A DNA stretch of 54,584 nucleotides from Oligoflexia bacterium (GCA_043732485.1 JAYTHP010000230.1:1-54584), one strand, 5' to 3'; positions 23,211-33,473 are shown, counted from the first letter of the stretch. Numbers and translations: made by a program. The notes: generated by a model from the letters alone, not told the origin.

Positions 23211-25204
23211 CAGCTTTTCACTCCAACGCCTGCAACCACCTCACTGAGGACCTCGGGCAGTAGGGCCGCGGGTGTAGCAGGTGAAACTTTTCCCTGCCGC
23301 TCACAATCGAGATAGGTATAGCCATGCAAGACTTCCTCATAAAAGTTCTGCAAATCCACCCCTTCTTTGGGCTTGATGAAGCCCTCACGCACGCGAGCCT
23401 CAATTTGCTCTTTCACCCGTTTTTCTAGGTCCGTGGTGCTGTATTGGATCCACGACAAGACACCCGCAATATTATTGCCCTTAATCACCTCTTCAATGTA
23501 ATAGCCACCCGGTTCGGTCTCATCTAAAAAGACATGCACCTCATTGACTCGCCCAAACAAATTGTGCAAATCACCCATAATGTCTTGATAAGCACCCATC
23601 AGAAAAAACCCTAAATAATAAGGCTCAGGCGGTTTGAGAGGATGCAACTGTAAGGTCTCTTTAATGTCCTTAAGATCAATGAACTTTGAGACCTTCCCAT
23701 CCGAATCACAGGTGATATCCACCAGGGTGGTGGTTTGGGTTGGCTCCTCGTCATGGCGATGAATCGGCACGATGGGGAAGAGCGCTTGAATCGCCCAATG
23801 ATCAGGAATCGATTGAAACAACGAGAAATTGCATAAGTACTGATGCGCAAGCTCACGCGTCAGCGCCTCTACGTCGTCAGGCACGTACCTCAAGCCTGAG
23901 GCGTTTTTATGGATCGACTTACAAATCTCCCAAAACAGATGCTCCACCTTAGCGCGGTCTTCAAGCGACAAAAACCCCAACTGAAACATACTCAACGCTT
24001 CTTCCTTACGCTGCAAAGCCGCATGAAAGTGCTCCAAGAGATTCTTGGTCGATAAGTGCTGCGACAAATAGCGCATCTCTTTCACCACGTCATGCTCAGT
24101 CACCATCTCTTCCAGAGCCATAGGAGCGGCTCCCACTTCAATATCACCAAAGACATTGACAATCAACACCGAATGATGGGCAACTAACGCTCGACCACTC
24201 TCTGAGACGATATGCGGCTCGCGCACCTCTTCCATACGACACACTTCTTGAATCGCATAGACCACCGTCTCAACGTACTCTTGTAGGGAATAATTAATCG
24301 AACTATCAAAACTGGAGCGTGAACCGTCATAATCCACCCCCAAGCCGCCACCAACATCCAAGAACTCAAGCGACAAGCCCATCTTACAGAGTTTCGCGTA
24401 AATGCGCGCCGACTCCGTCACCGCATCCTTAATCGTCGTGATGTTGGTCACTTGCGAGCCAATATGGAAGTGCAATAACTTGAAACTCTCTTGCAGCCCC
24501 TCCTGCCGCAGCACGTTGACCGCAAATAATAATTCAGGCGTGGTGAGGCCAAACTTGGCGTTTTCTCCTCCGCTAGACTCCCACTTACCGCTGCCCTTGG
24601 AATACAGCTTAGTCCGAATCCCCACCAGCGGGACCACTTGTAACTCCTTAGCGACGTTGATGATCTGATAGAGCTCAGATATTTTCTCAACAATAATAAT
24701 CACCCGCTTGCCGAGCTTTAGGCCCATCAAGGCGGTCTTGATAAAGCTATAATCCTTATAGCCATTGCACAAAACCAAAGACTGCGGGGGCGTGTTCATG
24801 GCAATCACGGCCGCAAGTTCCGCCTTCGATCCGGCTTCTAAGCCAAAATTGTACATACGCCCGGCATCAATAATCTCTTCCACTACCTCGCGCATCTGAT
24901 TGACCTTGATCGGATAAACCCCCTGATAGGTGCCTTGATAACCGAACTCAGCAATCGATTTCCGAAACATCTCATTCAAGGTCACTACCCGGTGCCGGAT
25001 GATGTCTTGGAAACGAATCAAGGCTGGCAGTTGTAGCCCTTGCGCCAAAAACTCATTCACCACCGAAAGTAAATCAATCCCCGGACCCTCACCGCGCTTG
25101 GGATGCACTGTAAGATTACCACTCGGGTTCATACTAAAGTACTGATCGCCCCAGTTTTCAATGTGATAAATTTTCAGGGAATCAGAGACGCTCCAGTTTT
25201 TCAT
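23210..25204 (-). CDS. speA: Biosynthetic arginine decarboxylase
   Basis: VYPIKVNQ, GLEAGSKAEL, HFHIGSQ, DVGGGLGVDYDG, DITCDSDG, GAYQDIMGDLHNLFG. Confidence 0.97.
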   Translation of the reverse strand: MKNWSVSDSLKIYHIENWGDQYFSMNPSGNLTVHPKRGEGPGIDLLSVVNEFLAQGLQLPALIRFQDIIRHRVVTLNEMFRKSIAEFGYQGTYQGVYPIKVNQMREVVEEIIDAGRMYNFGLEAGSKAELAAVIAMNTPPQSLVLCNGYKDYSFIKTALMGLKLGKRVIIIVEKISELYQIINVAKELQVVPLVGIRTKLYSKGSGKWESSGGENAKFGLTTPELLFAVNVLRQEGLQESFKLLHFHIGSQVTNITTIKDAVTESARIYAKLCKMGLSLEFLDVGGGLGVDYDGSRSSFDSSINYSLQEYVETVVYAIQEVCRMEEVREPHIVSESGRALVAHHSVLIVNVFGDIEVGAAPMALEEMVTEHDVVKEMRYLSQHLSTKNLLEHFHAALQRKEEALSMFQLGFLSLEDRAKVEHLFWEICKSIHKNASGLRYVPDDVEALTRELAHQYLCNFSLFQSIPDHWAIQALFPIVPIHRHDEEPTQTTTLVDITCDSDGKVSKFIDLKDIKETLQLHPLKPPEPYYLGFFLMGAYQDIMGDLHNLFGRVNEVHVFLDETEPGGYYIEEVIKGNNIAGVLSWIQYSTTDLEKRVKEQIEARVREGFIKPKEGVDLQNFYEEVLHGYTYLDCERQGKVSPATPAALLPEVLSEVVAGVGVKS

Positions 25205-25408
25205 ATTTTTTTACCCACTTTTATTCAAAATCCTAAAATTCAGTACAATACAGTACAACGCTGTCAGTAGTGTCCGTACAATTCATACTATCCCACGTCA
25301 TCTAACATCATCCTGCGCCACTTTGCTTACCACTCTTTGCGCTTGCCCCAAGCAGCCTTCAGGCTAGAACTCCACAAAAAGCCTCCACACAACCCACTCT
25401 TAAAAAAC

Positions 25409-26011
25409 TAGCGCGAGACTGTAAGCCGGGTTTTGTCTTCATAAGAAAAGCTAAGACCTTTGCAAAAAACCCCTTGATCTGCCTCAAACCGCAAGCAATC
25501 ACCGGTGACGATTCCTGCCTACGCCTTCGCGACAAACCGCAAGGGGGGCTGTCTTGCAATACGCCTTCACTCAGCCTCATGGAGGTGACCATTCCTCTAG
25601 GAAAGCTGTTACCAGCTTCCTCCAGCAGCCTTACCCGGAGGCATGGGTCAAGCTGACCTAACGCCTCCCTATTTGGCCTTGCTCCAGGTAGGGTTTGCCG
25701 TGCCACTGCCGTTACCGTCAGTGCGGTGGGCTCTTACCCCACCGTTTCACCCTTACCTTTAAAGGTGTAAAGTGGCATTCAGTCATCTCTGCTATTTTAC
25801 ACTTCTAAAGGCGGTTTATTTTCTGTTGCACTTTCCGTCACGCCTCCCAAAAAACCCCCCGTGCAACGACGACGCTTCTTAAGCCAACGTGCCTGGTCGT
25901 TAACCAGTACCTTGCTTTATGGAGCCCGGACTTTCCTCTCGCTTTTAGACGTTGAACTTTTTTTTTCAAAAAAACCCACCACCAAAGCCAGCGATCACCC
26001 GTCTCGCGCTA
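25409..26011 (-). ncRNA. rnpB: RNase P RNA (bacterial type A), ~600 nt with expanded variable helices
   Basis: Minus-strand conserved blocks GAGGAAAGUCCGGGCUCC (~25920-25938), GGAAAGUGCAACAGAAA, AAGGGUGAAACGGUGGGGUAAGAGCCCACC, GGCAAACCC...GGAGCAAGGCCAAAUAGGG, ACAAAACCCGGCUUA; P1 = UAGCGCGAGAC/GUCUCGCGCUA. Confidence 0.97.
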
Positions 26012-26254
26012 ACTCGTTTGCTGCACCGCCCCTTGCCGTCTTCAGAGCGACCTTCTCCTGATCCCACGCTAGTGTGAGAAAGACCAGACAGGCCATGAAC
26101 GTACGGAGTAACGTGCAGCTTGATAATTTTTTTTAAAATGACGAAAATCTTCCCCCAAGAGCCCCGCTGCAGCCCCTTCCCTTATGCTGGCTCCTTGAGG
26201 CGATCAATCTTGTAGGGGACTCACCTGCTCTCAGGCCCGGGGCCTGATGAGCGC

Positions 26255-26986
26255 TCACTCCGCTGCGTCAGGAATAAACAAAAAACGATGACAACTCGGG
26301 CAGGAATGCAAGATCACCCCTTTTTTAATTTCATTAAATTGCTGCGGCGGGACCATCATGTTACAACCCTGGCAACGCCCCTGTAAGGCAGGTACAATGC
26401 CGATACCACTGCGGGCTGCACGTACTTTTTCATACTGCTTCAAAATCCGCAGCTCAATTCCCCCTAAAATCGTTTTGCGCCCCACCTGCAAGGAATCAAT
26501 ATCACTATTAAATTTCTGTTCTTGCCCCGATAACACCCCAAGCTGGCTTGCCCGCTCCTGGACAATCGTCTCGCGCTCAGCAGTCATGACTGACAACTTT
26601 TCTTGCAGCAAGTCGACCTCTTCTTGGGCTTTTTTCGCCTGTTCCTCAAGCGACAAATTCAATTTCTTGAGCTGCTCGATCTCTTTATTAGCCGACTGAA
26701 ATTCCTGAGAGTTTTGCACACCCTCTAACTTCGCGTTAGCCCGGCTCATCCGGTCTTGATTGAGATCCAGCGCCGCCTGGCTTTGTCGTTTGGCTTTGAG
26801 CCATTCCTCTTTTTTCTGCTCCAGCCCCACAAGCGACAAAGCCAAACGGTGCGAGGCTTGATCAAGGCTTTTTAAGTTAGCAGGCAACGACTGACTTTTC
26901 TTTTGTAAGGCATCGATTTGAAGATCGAGATCTTGCACTTGCGCTAAATTTTTCAACTGCTCTGGTAATGGTCGCGACTGAGGCAC
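26255..26986 (-). CDS. Coiled-coil protein with C4 zinc ribbon (DUF164/HP0958-like)
   Basis: LAQVQDLDLQID start, long coiled coil, CQGC...CPSCHRFL. Confidence 0.92.
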   Translation of the reverse strand: MPQSRPLPEQLKNLAQVQDLDLQIDALQKKSQSLPANLKSLDQASHRLALSLVGLEQKKEEWLKAKRQSQAALDLNQDRMSRANAKLEGVQNSQEFQSANKEIEQLKKLNLSLEEQAKKAQEEVDLLQEKLSVMTAERETIVQERASQLGVLSGQEQKFNSDIDSLQVGRKTILGGIELRILKQYEKVRAARSGIGIVPALQGRCQGCNMMVPPQQFNEIKKGVILHSCPSCHRFLFIPDAAE

Positions 26987-26998
26987 TGTTTTTTTCTC

Positions 26999-27775
26999 CT
27001 AGCCAATTTCTTGAATTGGGGTTGCTGCCACATGGCAGACTAGTTTTAAAGCTGTCAGCCAACTCTTCATCGTTTCGATAAAAAATCGTTCACTTTCACG
27101 ATGCCCTAACTCAATGACTGCCAGACCTGAAGCGGCAGCCGCTAGCGCTGAGTGATAACCCACCTCACCGGTGACCAACAAATCACACTTTTTCTGCACA
27201 GCAGACTCAATGAACGACGAGCCTTTCCCCGCAATAAAGCCAATACGGGCTACTTCTTGCGGGGTAGCTTGAGTCTGCCAAAAACGCTGAACCTGAAATA
27301 AGCTTTTAACATCTTTTTTCAGCGCTGAAAAGCCCTTAGGTGGAAGAAAACTGCCCCACACCCCATATTGCGCCGAGCCGCTCCCGAAGCGTCCTTCCGC
27401 CTGAAAACCCAAGCCACAGGCCACCTGCTCCCCCACCGTCACGGCGCAGTGGTCAAAATTGGAATGAACCGCCACCACCGCAAGCCCCTGTTGGATAGCA
27501 GCGTAAAGCGGCGTCCCAGCCTGAAGCCTCAGCACACCACCACTGCTGCTGCTGCTTTCTTTACGCGCGAACAGACAAGGATGATGGGTGATGAGCAGGC
27601 GGGCCTGCTGCTGCTCCGCCAGGGCTAGGGCCTCCCAGGTCAAATCAATAGAAACAACCACGCTTGCAGTCTCGCTCCTCGCATCTCCCAACAAAAGACC
27701 GACATTATCCCAAGTCTCGGCGCAACTTTGAGGTGCCTTAGTCTCAAGAAAATCAACAATTTCGCTTACTTTCAT
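26999..27775 (-). CDS. Nif3-like dinuclear metal-centre protein (YbgI/YqfO family)
   Basis: WDNVGLLLGD, ITHHP, HSNFD, TGEVGYH, ELGHRESE. Confidence 0.93.
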   Translation of the reverse strand: MKVSEIVDFLETKAPQSCAETWDNVGLLLGDARSETASVVVSIDLTWEALALAEQQQARLLITHHPCLFARKESSSSSGGVLRLQAGTPLYAAIQQGLAVVAVHSNFDHCAVTVGEQVACGLGFQAEGRFGSGSAQYGVWGSFLPPKGFSALKKDVKSLFQVQRFWQTQATPQEVARIGFIAGKGSSFIESAVQKKCDLLVTGEVGYHSALAAAASGLAVIELGHRESERFFIETMKSWLTALKLVCHVAATPIQEIG

Positions 27776-27859
27776 GGTTAGCCGAGCTTAACCGACTGTC
27801 AGCGAAAGGGCAAAGAGTTTCGCCTTGAGTTTTTCTTAGTTTTTTCCGACACAGTCTCT

Positions 27860-30346
27860 ATGATTCTTGGGAAACGTCAACTGACTGTCTTAAACCAGGC
27901 ACTCGCCGCAGAAAAACAGGCCCGAGTGCGGGCAGAAGCGGTGCTCGAGAACGAATCGAAACTGCTCAGACTCGAGCACGCCGAGCTAGTGCAGCGCAAC
28001 CGCGGCGTCGAGCTGCTTCACTCGCTTGATGAGATGGTCGGTGCTGACAACAATCTCATCACCATCTTACCGCCCTTTTTGACGATGGTGAGTCGTTTGA
28101 TGCGCTGGCCGATTGCCCACGCCTACTTGCCGCAAATTAACGCCGCCGAGGAGACCATGCACCTGGTGTCAGCTCAACGCTGGCCGGTGGAGAACAAGGA
28201 GAAAGTCACTGCCTTTAAAGCAGCACTCGAGTCGATTGTTTTAAACCAAAAAACGGGAGGCCTCCCCCTCAAAGTTTGGCGCGCGCAAGAACCTGCCTGG
28301 TGCCAGAACCTGGCGCAAGCTGAGCCTTGTGTGCGACAAAAGATCCTGCTGAGCCTAGGTATTCAACAGCTTTATGTGGTGCCCGTTTTCATCGGCACAG
28401 AAACCATCGCACTTTTGGAGCTGGCCCACGACAAAAGGGAAACCAATGAGAATTATCCCTTTAATTTAGTGACCTTAGGCTGCCGCTATCTCGGCCTGCT
28501 CCTCACCCAGAGCCAAAATCGTCAACGCATGCTGCATTCCGCCAAAATGGCCACCCTAGGACAGATGTCAGCGAACATCGCGCACGAGATCAACAATCCG
28601 CTCGCAATTATCCACGGTAAAATTGACCAAATCAATCAGCAAATTAAAAGTAAAACCTTTGACCCTGCCTCGGCCAGTCGCGAACTCGAGAAGATCACCA
28701 CCCATTTAGAGCGAATTGCCAAAATTGTCCAGGGCTTGAAGTCATTTTCCCGCACTGGCGAGCAGGTGCCGTTTGAGTCGGTGGAGCTCGCGAAATTGCT
28801 CGAACCGGTCTTAGATATCTGCGCGAAGAAGTTTCAAAGCCTGCAAATCCAACTGAAAATCGGCCCGCTGCCCAGTGAATCGCTCGAATGCCGACCGATC
28901 CAAATCGAGCAGGTCTTGATGAATCTACTCAATAACTCCTGCGATGCGGTTGCGCAATTGCCCGAAAAATGGGTTACGCTTGACTTCAAGAAGCTTGAAA
29001 TCAAGAACAACTTCTCGTCAGGGCAGTTTTTGCAGATTCGCATCACCGATAGCGGAACAGGCATTGAGCCTGAGATTCTCGATCGCTGCATGCAACCCTT
29101 CTTTACCACGAAAGAAGTCGGCAAAGGAACCGGGCTGGGTCTTAGCATTTCTAAAGGAATTTTAGAGGACCACCAGGGTCAATTACTTTATGAGTTGATT
29201 CATTCCCACACTTGTTTTATTATTATATTACCACTCTCGCAAAGTCCCTACACAGCTAACCGCACAGAAGAAAGGATCAAGCTCATGACCGCCGATCCCA
29301 TCGGCCCACCCCCCGGCATCCCTGCCTCCGGACCAAAATCGGATTACGTTGGCATCAGTCTCTCGACCCTCAGGCAAATGGGGGTGATTCCGTATGATCT
29401 TTTTATCAGATTATCAGAAGAGCGCTTTGTCAAGATTTCTAAGGAAAACAGCAAATTTACCGCCGAAGACAGCGCCAAGTATCTAGCCAAGCGAATTCGC
29501 AGGCTGTACTTACTGGAAGGGGACGCCAAGGAGCTGTTCTTAGAGAACCAGACGGTCACCTCACAAGATCAGGAAAACAAGAAAGAAAGCATTCAAGCGA
29601 TTGTCGATCGTCCGCCTTTTCATGCTAGCCCGCTATCTAAAATTAGCCCTACCGCGCAGCTCGTCTATGACCTTTACCAGGCCTTTGGTTGGAGTGAAGC
29701 GGTGGCCGATAAGGCTAAAAGCAGCATTCAAACCGCGCTTGACGAGGTCTGCACGTCACCCCACCTGATTGACTTAATGTCTGGGCAGATCAGCCAAATG
29801 AACCATTACGTGCCGGACCATTCGCACGCCCTGATCTTTGTCGCCTCAGGGATTGGCCGCAGTTTAGAGTGGCTCTCGGAGTATAGCTTCACCAAACTGA
29901 GCATGGCTGCCGTCTTGCACGACTTAACGTTGACCTGGGAGCAAGGCGATGCCATCGCCCGCCTCAACCTCGAGGCCAACCAATCCTACGACTCTGAGAA
30001 CGACATGAGCGAGGACGTGAAACTCTATCGCAATCACCCCTTGCTCAGTGCCCAGCTCGCTAAAAACCTAAAATCCTTTCCGGATGTGGACATCATTATC
30101 GAGCAACATCACGAGAAGCCTGATGGCTCGGGCTTTCCATTTGGACTGCACGCCGCTAAGATCCATCCCTTAGCAGCCCTGTTTATCATCGCCGAAGATC
30201 TGGTGAACTTCCTCATGGGCCGCAAAGATCTTGCAATCGCAGCCCAGGAATTCGTCGACTCTCGCAGCGACCTCTATAAGGCGGGCTATTTTCGGGAAAT
30301 CCTAAAAACCATTTCCCCGAGCAAAGCCGAAGCGGAAAAACTGTAA
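27860..30346 (+). CDS. GAF + histidine kinase fused to a C-terminal HD-GYP-like domain
   Basis: H-box IAHEINNPL, N-box QVLMNLLNNS, DSGTGI, PFFTTKEVGKGTGLGL; then LHD and HHEKPDGSGFP. Confidence 0.88.
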   Translation: MILGKRQLTVLNQALAAEKQARVRAEAVLENESKLLRLEHAELVQRNRGVELLHSLDEMVGADNNLITILPPFLTMVSRLMRWPIAHAYLPQINAAEETMHLVSAQRWPVENKEKVTAFKAALESIVLNQKTGGLPLKVWRAQEPAWCQNLAQAEPCVRQKILLSLGIQQLYVVPVFIGTETIALLELAHDKRETNENYPFNLVTLGCRYLGLLLTQSQNRQRMLHSAKMATLGQMSANIAHEINNPLAIIHGKIDQINQQIKSKTFDPASASRELEKITTHLERIAKIVQGLKSFSRTGEQVPFESVELAKLLEPVLDICAKKFQSLQIQLKIGPLPSESLECRPIQIEQVLMNLLNNSCDAVAQLPEKWVTLDFKKLEIKNNFSSGQFLQIRITDSGTGIEPEILDRCMQPFFTTKEVGKGTGLGLSISKGILEDHQGQLLYELIHSHTCFIIILPLSQSPYTANRTEERIKLMTADPIGPPPGIPASGPKSDYVGISLSTLRQMGVIPYDLFIRLSEERFVKISKENSKFTAEDSAKYLAKRIRRLYLLEGDAKELFLENQTVTSQDQENKKESIQAIVDRPPFHASPLSKISPTAQLVYDLYQAFGWSEAVADKAKSSIQTALDEVCTSPHLIDLMSGQISQMNHYVPDHSHALIFVASGIGRSLEWLSEYSFTKLSMAAVLHDLTLTWEQGDAIARLNLEANQSYDSENDMSEDVKLYRNHPLLSAQLAKNLKSFPDVDIIIEQHHEKPDGSGFPFGLHAAKIHPLAALFIIAEDLVNFLMGRKDLAIAAQEFVDSRSDLYKAGYFREILKTISPSKAEAEKL

Positions 30347-30376
30347 GAAGCTCAGAAGGGACGACGTCTCAGCGCG

Positions 30377-30766
30377 ATGGAAAAACACTTCTGCATCCTG
30401 ATCATCGATGACGAAGCCGACTTACGGGAAACCTTGCGCGAGCACCTGCAAAAAGCCTTCCCCGCGGTGAAAGTGAGCGAGGCCAAAGACGGTGCTGAGG
30501 GCATGGAGCGCATCTTGCATCAAAAATTTGACTTAGTGATTACCGATCTGAAAATGCCGAAGCTTTCAGGCGGGCACATCTTACGCGATAGCGAAAGCTT
30601 GCCTGATTCCATGCGGCCCCGGCACCTGATGGTAGTCTCAGGCGAGTTACATCCGCAGCTCAGCCCCCTGATTCCTGAGCAAAGCCGCAAGCGCTACGAA
30701 TTTTTTACCAAACCCATCCCCTGGAAGCTGCTGCTTGAATCGATTGCCGCCAAAATAGCGGAGTAA
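30377..30766 (+). CDS. Single-domain response regulator
   Basis: ILIIDDE, DLVITDLKMPKLSG (phospho-Asp), VVSG, TKP. Confidence 0.93.
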   Translation: MEKHFCILIIDDEADLRETLREHLQKAFPAVKVSEAKDGAEGMERILHQKFDLVITDLKMPKLSGGHILRDSESLPDSMRPRHLMVVSGELHPQLSPLIPEQSRKRYEFFTKPIPWKLLLESIAAKIAE

Positions 30767-30767
30767 G

Positions 30768-30797
30768 GCGGCGGCGCAACCCGCTAACGCCCGCCCC
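30768..30797. terminator. GC hairpin between convergent genes (possible terminator)
   Basis: ggcggcggcg-caacccgctaa-cgcccgcc; no U-tract. Confidence 0.35.
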
Positions 30798-33473
30798 TTA
30801 GAGGCTTGCGGAAAGGGGCCTCTTTTGTGGGTTTTCAGCTAATTGCCGGCTGTAAAAGAGTAGAAAAAGCAGCCAGCAAAACGCTACGCCACCGACGAAG
30901 GCCACAGGCCAACACAGCAACCCCCGCAACACCCCCTCTTGGCGCAGCGGGGTGTCAAACACCCAGACCTTGAAAAAAAAACTGACGGCCACCCCTAACA
31001 CCAGGTGGGGCAGCCGGCCTGGTAATTGCGCCAGGCAGCCCCCCAAGAAAAGAAAGAGCAGCGCCAGGGTGGCGTAGGAGCCTTGATGCGGCACGGTGCT
31101 GCGGGGATTAAACATCAAGACAATCCACAACAACAGACTGAGCGCGCTTAACCCCACAAGCCACCCCGACTGGGGCGGCAACAGGCAGGAACGCTTGGGC
31201 GCGACTAGCAGCGACCCGGCAGCCAGGCTTTTAAACTCGGAAACCAAGGCCTGCACAGCGGCAAAAAGTGCCACTAGCCAGCCCAAATTACAGACCCCCA
31301 GGGCACTGATCACCCCAAAAAACTCCGCTTCCCGAATCATATGACACTCAAAAAAGCCGCCTGACAACGACGCCCATCCGCTTTGCAGCTGCGCAGCCTC
31401 TTGCGCTAAGCTGATGATCTGGAGCAAATTTTCCTGCTTGTTGTGCCAAATTTGCGCCCAACTCAACTGCTGGTAACTCTTGCGTATGGCTTGCAGCGCG
31501 CTCTCTGCCACAATCGGGTCCACCCCGGCCAGATGCATTTTCACCAATCGATCCCCGGGTGGGTCATAGAAGCTTTGATAGGCTTTCCAAGGCGCACCCA
31601 GGGCTAGCAGCAGAGCCACAGCCGCTAGCCCCTGCTTGAGGGACATGCGGCGATAGGCGACCACGACTGCGGGTAAAAGCGCAGGGAGCAGCGTGAAGAT
31701 CACCCCCGAATGAGACAAAAACCCGAAGCCAGCTGAAAAAACACCTAGGACGATCACAGGCGTTATCTCAGCACTACTCCGCTCAGCAGATTCCTGAGTG
31801 GCATGAGCTCGTAGCCGGAACACCGCACTTAAAAACCCTAAGGTCAACGCCGAAGCAAGCAACTTCGGCCAAGTAAAGGTGGCGTTCAACAAAAAAGTGC
31901 CAGAAAATAGACTGAGTGCCAGCGCAAACTGGACCGCGCGCCTGGGCCAGCTCAAGGCTTGCAGGAAAGCAAGTTGCGCCGGCACAATCAGACACTGTAG
32001 GAGCGTTTGTAGGACCTGTCGCCGCACGACATCATCGGAATGCCCAAAAAGCGAGATATGTCGCAAAAAACAAAAATGACTCAGCAAAAACCCCGCCTGC
32101 AAAGGTGGACGATCACTGCTGCGCCAGGACCCTCCCATATCGCGTGGATCTACACCCGCAAAAAGTTTCTCCGCTAACCCGAAAGGCAGTCCATTATCAG
32201 AAGGCAAGTCAGTTAAAAAACGACGATTGATCATCCAACTTTCCGAAAAACCATAAAAATCCTGCCAACCATAGACAATCGACAGGTAAAATAAACTGGT
32301 ACCCAGAAAGAGTAAAACATGGGGCTGCAAACACGGCGGGAAAAACTTTCTCAAGTCGCCCTTGCGCAGGAGCATAAACGCCGTTGCCAGCAAATAGCCA
32401 TTCCACATCACCATCACGATATTTGCCGTGCGAGGCGCTAGAAAAAAGAAGAAAAAGAAACCGTAGGCCACACAGGCACTGCCGCAGCAAACGACGAAAA
32501 ACTGCAGACAATCCTCCATTTTCCACCTCTCAGCCACCCACGCCCGGATCAGGAGACCGGGAGCAAGCAGGAGAAAAGAAAAAAACAGCCAATGAGGTAA
32601 AAAGCCTAAGTTTAGCCACTGAAAACCCAAAACCTCCAGAAAACTCAACTGAGCAGGCACGCCCACCCCCAAAAGCAACTCAGGCGCGCGCGCTATTAAA
32701 ACGAAGCGTGCCGGAACCCCTTGCCACTCAGATGGCAAATGCCAATGCTGCAAAGTCCAACCGGCATCCGGTCCGTTAATCACAAATAAAGCGAGTCGGT
32801 GCGCACCCCCTTGGGGCAAATTGCCAGGCAAAGCCTCAGCACTGTTGGCCCTACCCTCTAAACTCACGTCCCCGCTTTGCACCCGCTCTAAGAAGAGCGC
32901 CTGCTGGCTTTCCAACTCAGCCTCAGGAAATCCGTGCTCTAAAGACCCGAGCGTCGCTAACTGCAAATAAGCCGGCGTGAGGAACGGCCGGGAAACAAGC
33001 TGGGCGGGCTCAGGTGGGTTTGCGGCACCCAGGTCGGTCTTCGCTTGCGACTTGCGAAAATACTGTAAATCCTGCGGGTGATCCCGCAGTGCGGGGTGTT
33101 GCTTAAAAAGGCTTGCTTCAGACAGCGCAGGCTTGAAATCAGTGACGCCAATTTCTTGAAAAAGCGCGCTCCAATCCCCCCCCCCACTTTGCCAAACGGG
33201 CAATGAGCCCCTCAGAGGCTCATTTTTTACAACCGAATCACAAATTTTTCCCGCCTGGCAAGGCATACTAGCAAGCAGTGCCCACGCCAAGAGCAGGGGC
33301 AAGAGCAGGAGTCGTCGTGGCAATCGACCAAGAGCACGCCCTTGAAGACCTGTAACCAGTACAGGCGATTGAGAAAACTGTTGAGAAAACTGTTGAATTA
33401 AAATTATTTTTTGCATAACGTTTCGACTTACTTTCTTAACCTCAGCGCCGTCAAACGTGTGACTCTGACCCAT
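30798..33473 (-). CDS. Large polytopic membrane protein, possibly GT-C-type glycosyltransferase-like; start uncertain
   Basis: Signal-like segment, soluble domain, then >10 hydrophobic helices with loops DLPSDNGLP, WRSSDRPPLQ, FTWPKL, DPPGDRLVKMHLAG. Confidence 0.7.
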   Translation of the reverse strand: MGQSHTFDGAEVKKVSRNVMQKIILIQQFSQQFSQSPVLVTGLQGRALGRLPRRLLLLPLLLAWALLASMPCQAGKICDSVVKNEPLRGSLPVWQSGGGDWSALFQEIGVTDFKPALSEASLFKQHPALRDHPQDLQYFRKSQAKTDLGAANPPEPAQLVSRPFLTPAYLQLATLGSLEHGFPEAELESQQALFLERVQSGDVSLEGRANSAEALPGNLPQGGAHRLALFVINGPDAGWTLQHWHLPSEWQGVPARFVLIARAPELLLGVGVPAQLSFLEVLGFQWLNLGFLPHWLFFSFLLLAPGLLIRAWVAERWKMEDCLQFFVVCCGSACVAYGFFFFFFLAPRTANIVMVMWNGYLLATAFMLLRKGDLRKFFPPCLQPHVLLFLGTSLFYLSIVYGWQDFYGFSESWMINRRFLTDLPSDNGLPFGLAEKLFAGVDPRDMGGSWRSSDRPPLQAGFLLSHFCFLRHISLFGHSDDVVRRQVLQTLLQCLIVPAQLAFLQALSWPRRAVQFALALSLFSGTFLLNATFTWPKLLASALTLGFLSAVFRLRAHATQESAERSSAEITPVIVLGVFSAGFGFLSHSGVIFTLLPALLPAVVVAYRRMSLKQGLAAVALLLALGAPWKAYQSFYDPPGDRLVKMHLAGVDPIVAESALQAIRKSYQQLSWAQIWHNKQENLLQIISLAQEAAQLQSGWASLSGGFFECHMIREAEFFGVISALGVCNLGWLVALFAAVQALVSEFKSLAAGSLLVAPKRSCLLPPQSGWLVGLSALSLLLWIVLMFNPRSTVPHQGSYATLALLFLFLGGCLAQLPGRLPHLVLGVAVSFFFKVWVFDTPLRQEGVLRGLLCWPVAFVGGVAFCWLLFLLFYSRQLAENPQKRPLSASL

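Noticed and set aside
25359-26061. Short ORFs at 25359-25706, 25474-25656 and 25861-26061
   Set aside because: Overlap the RNase P RNA gene
27825-27852. Possible sigma28 promoter (TTGAG...TCCGACAC) before the kinase
   Set aside because: Several mismatches to TAAAGTTT-N11-GCCGATAA and imperfect spacing
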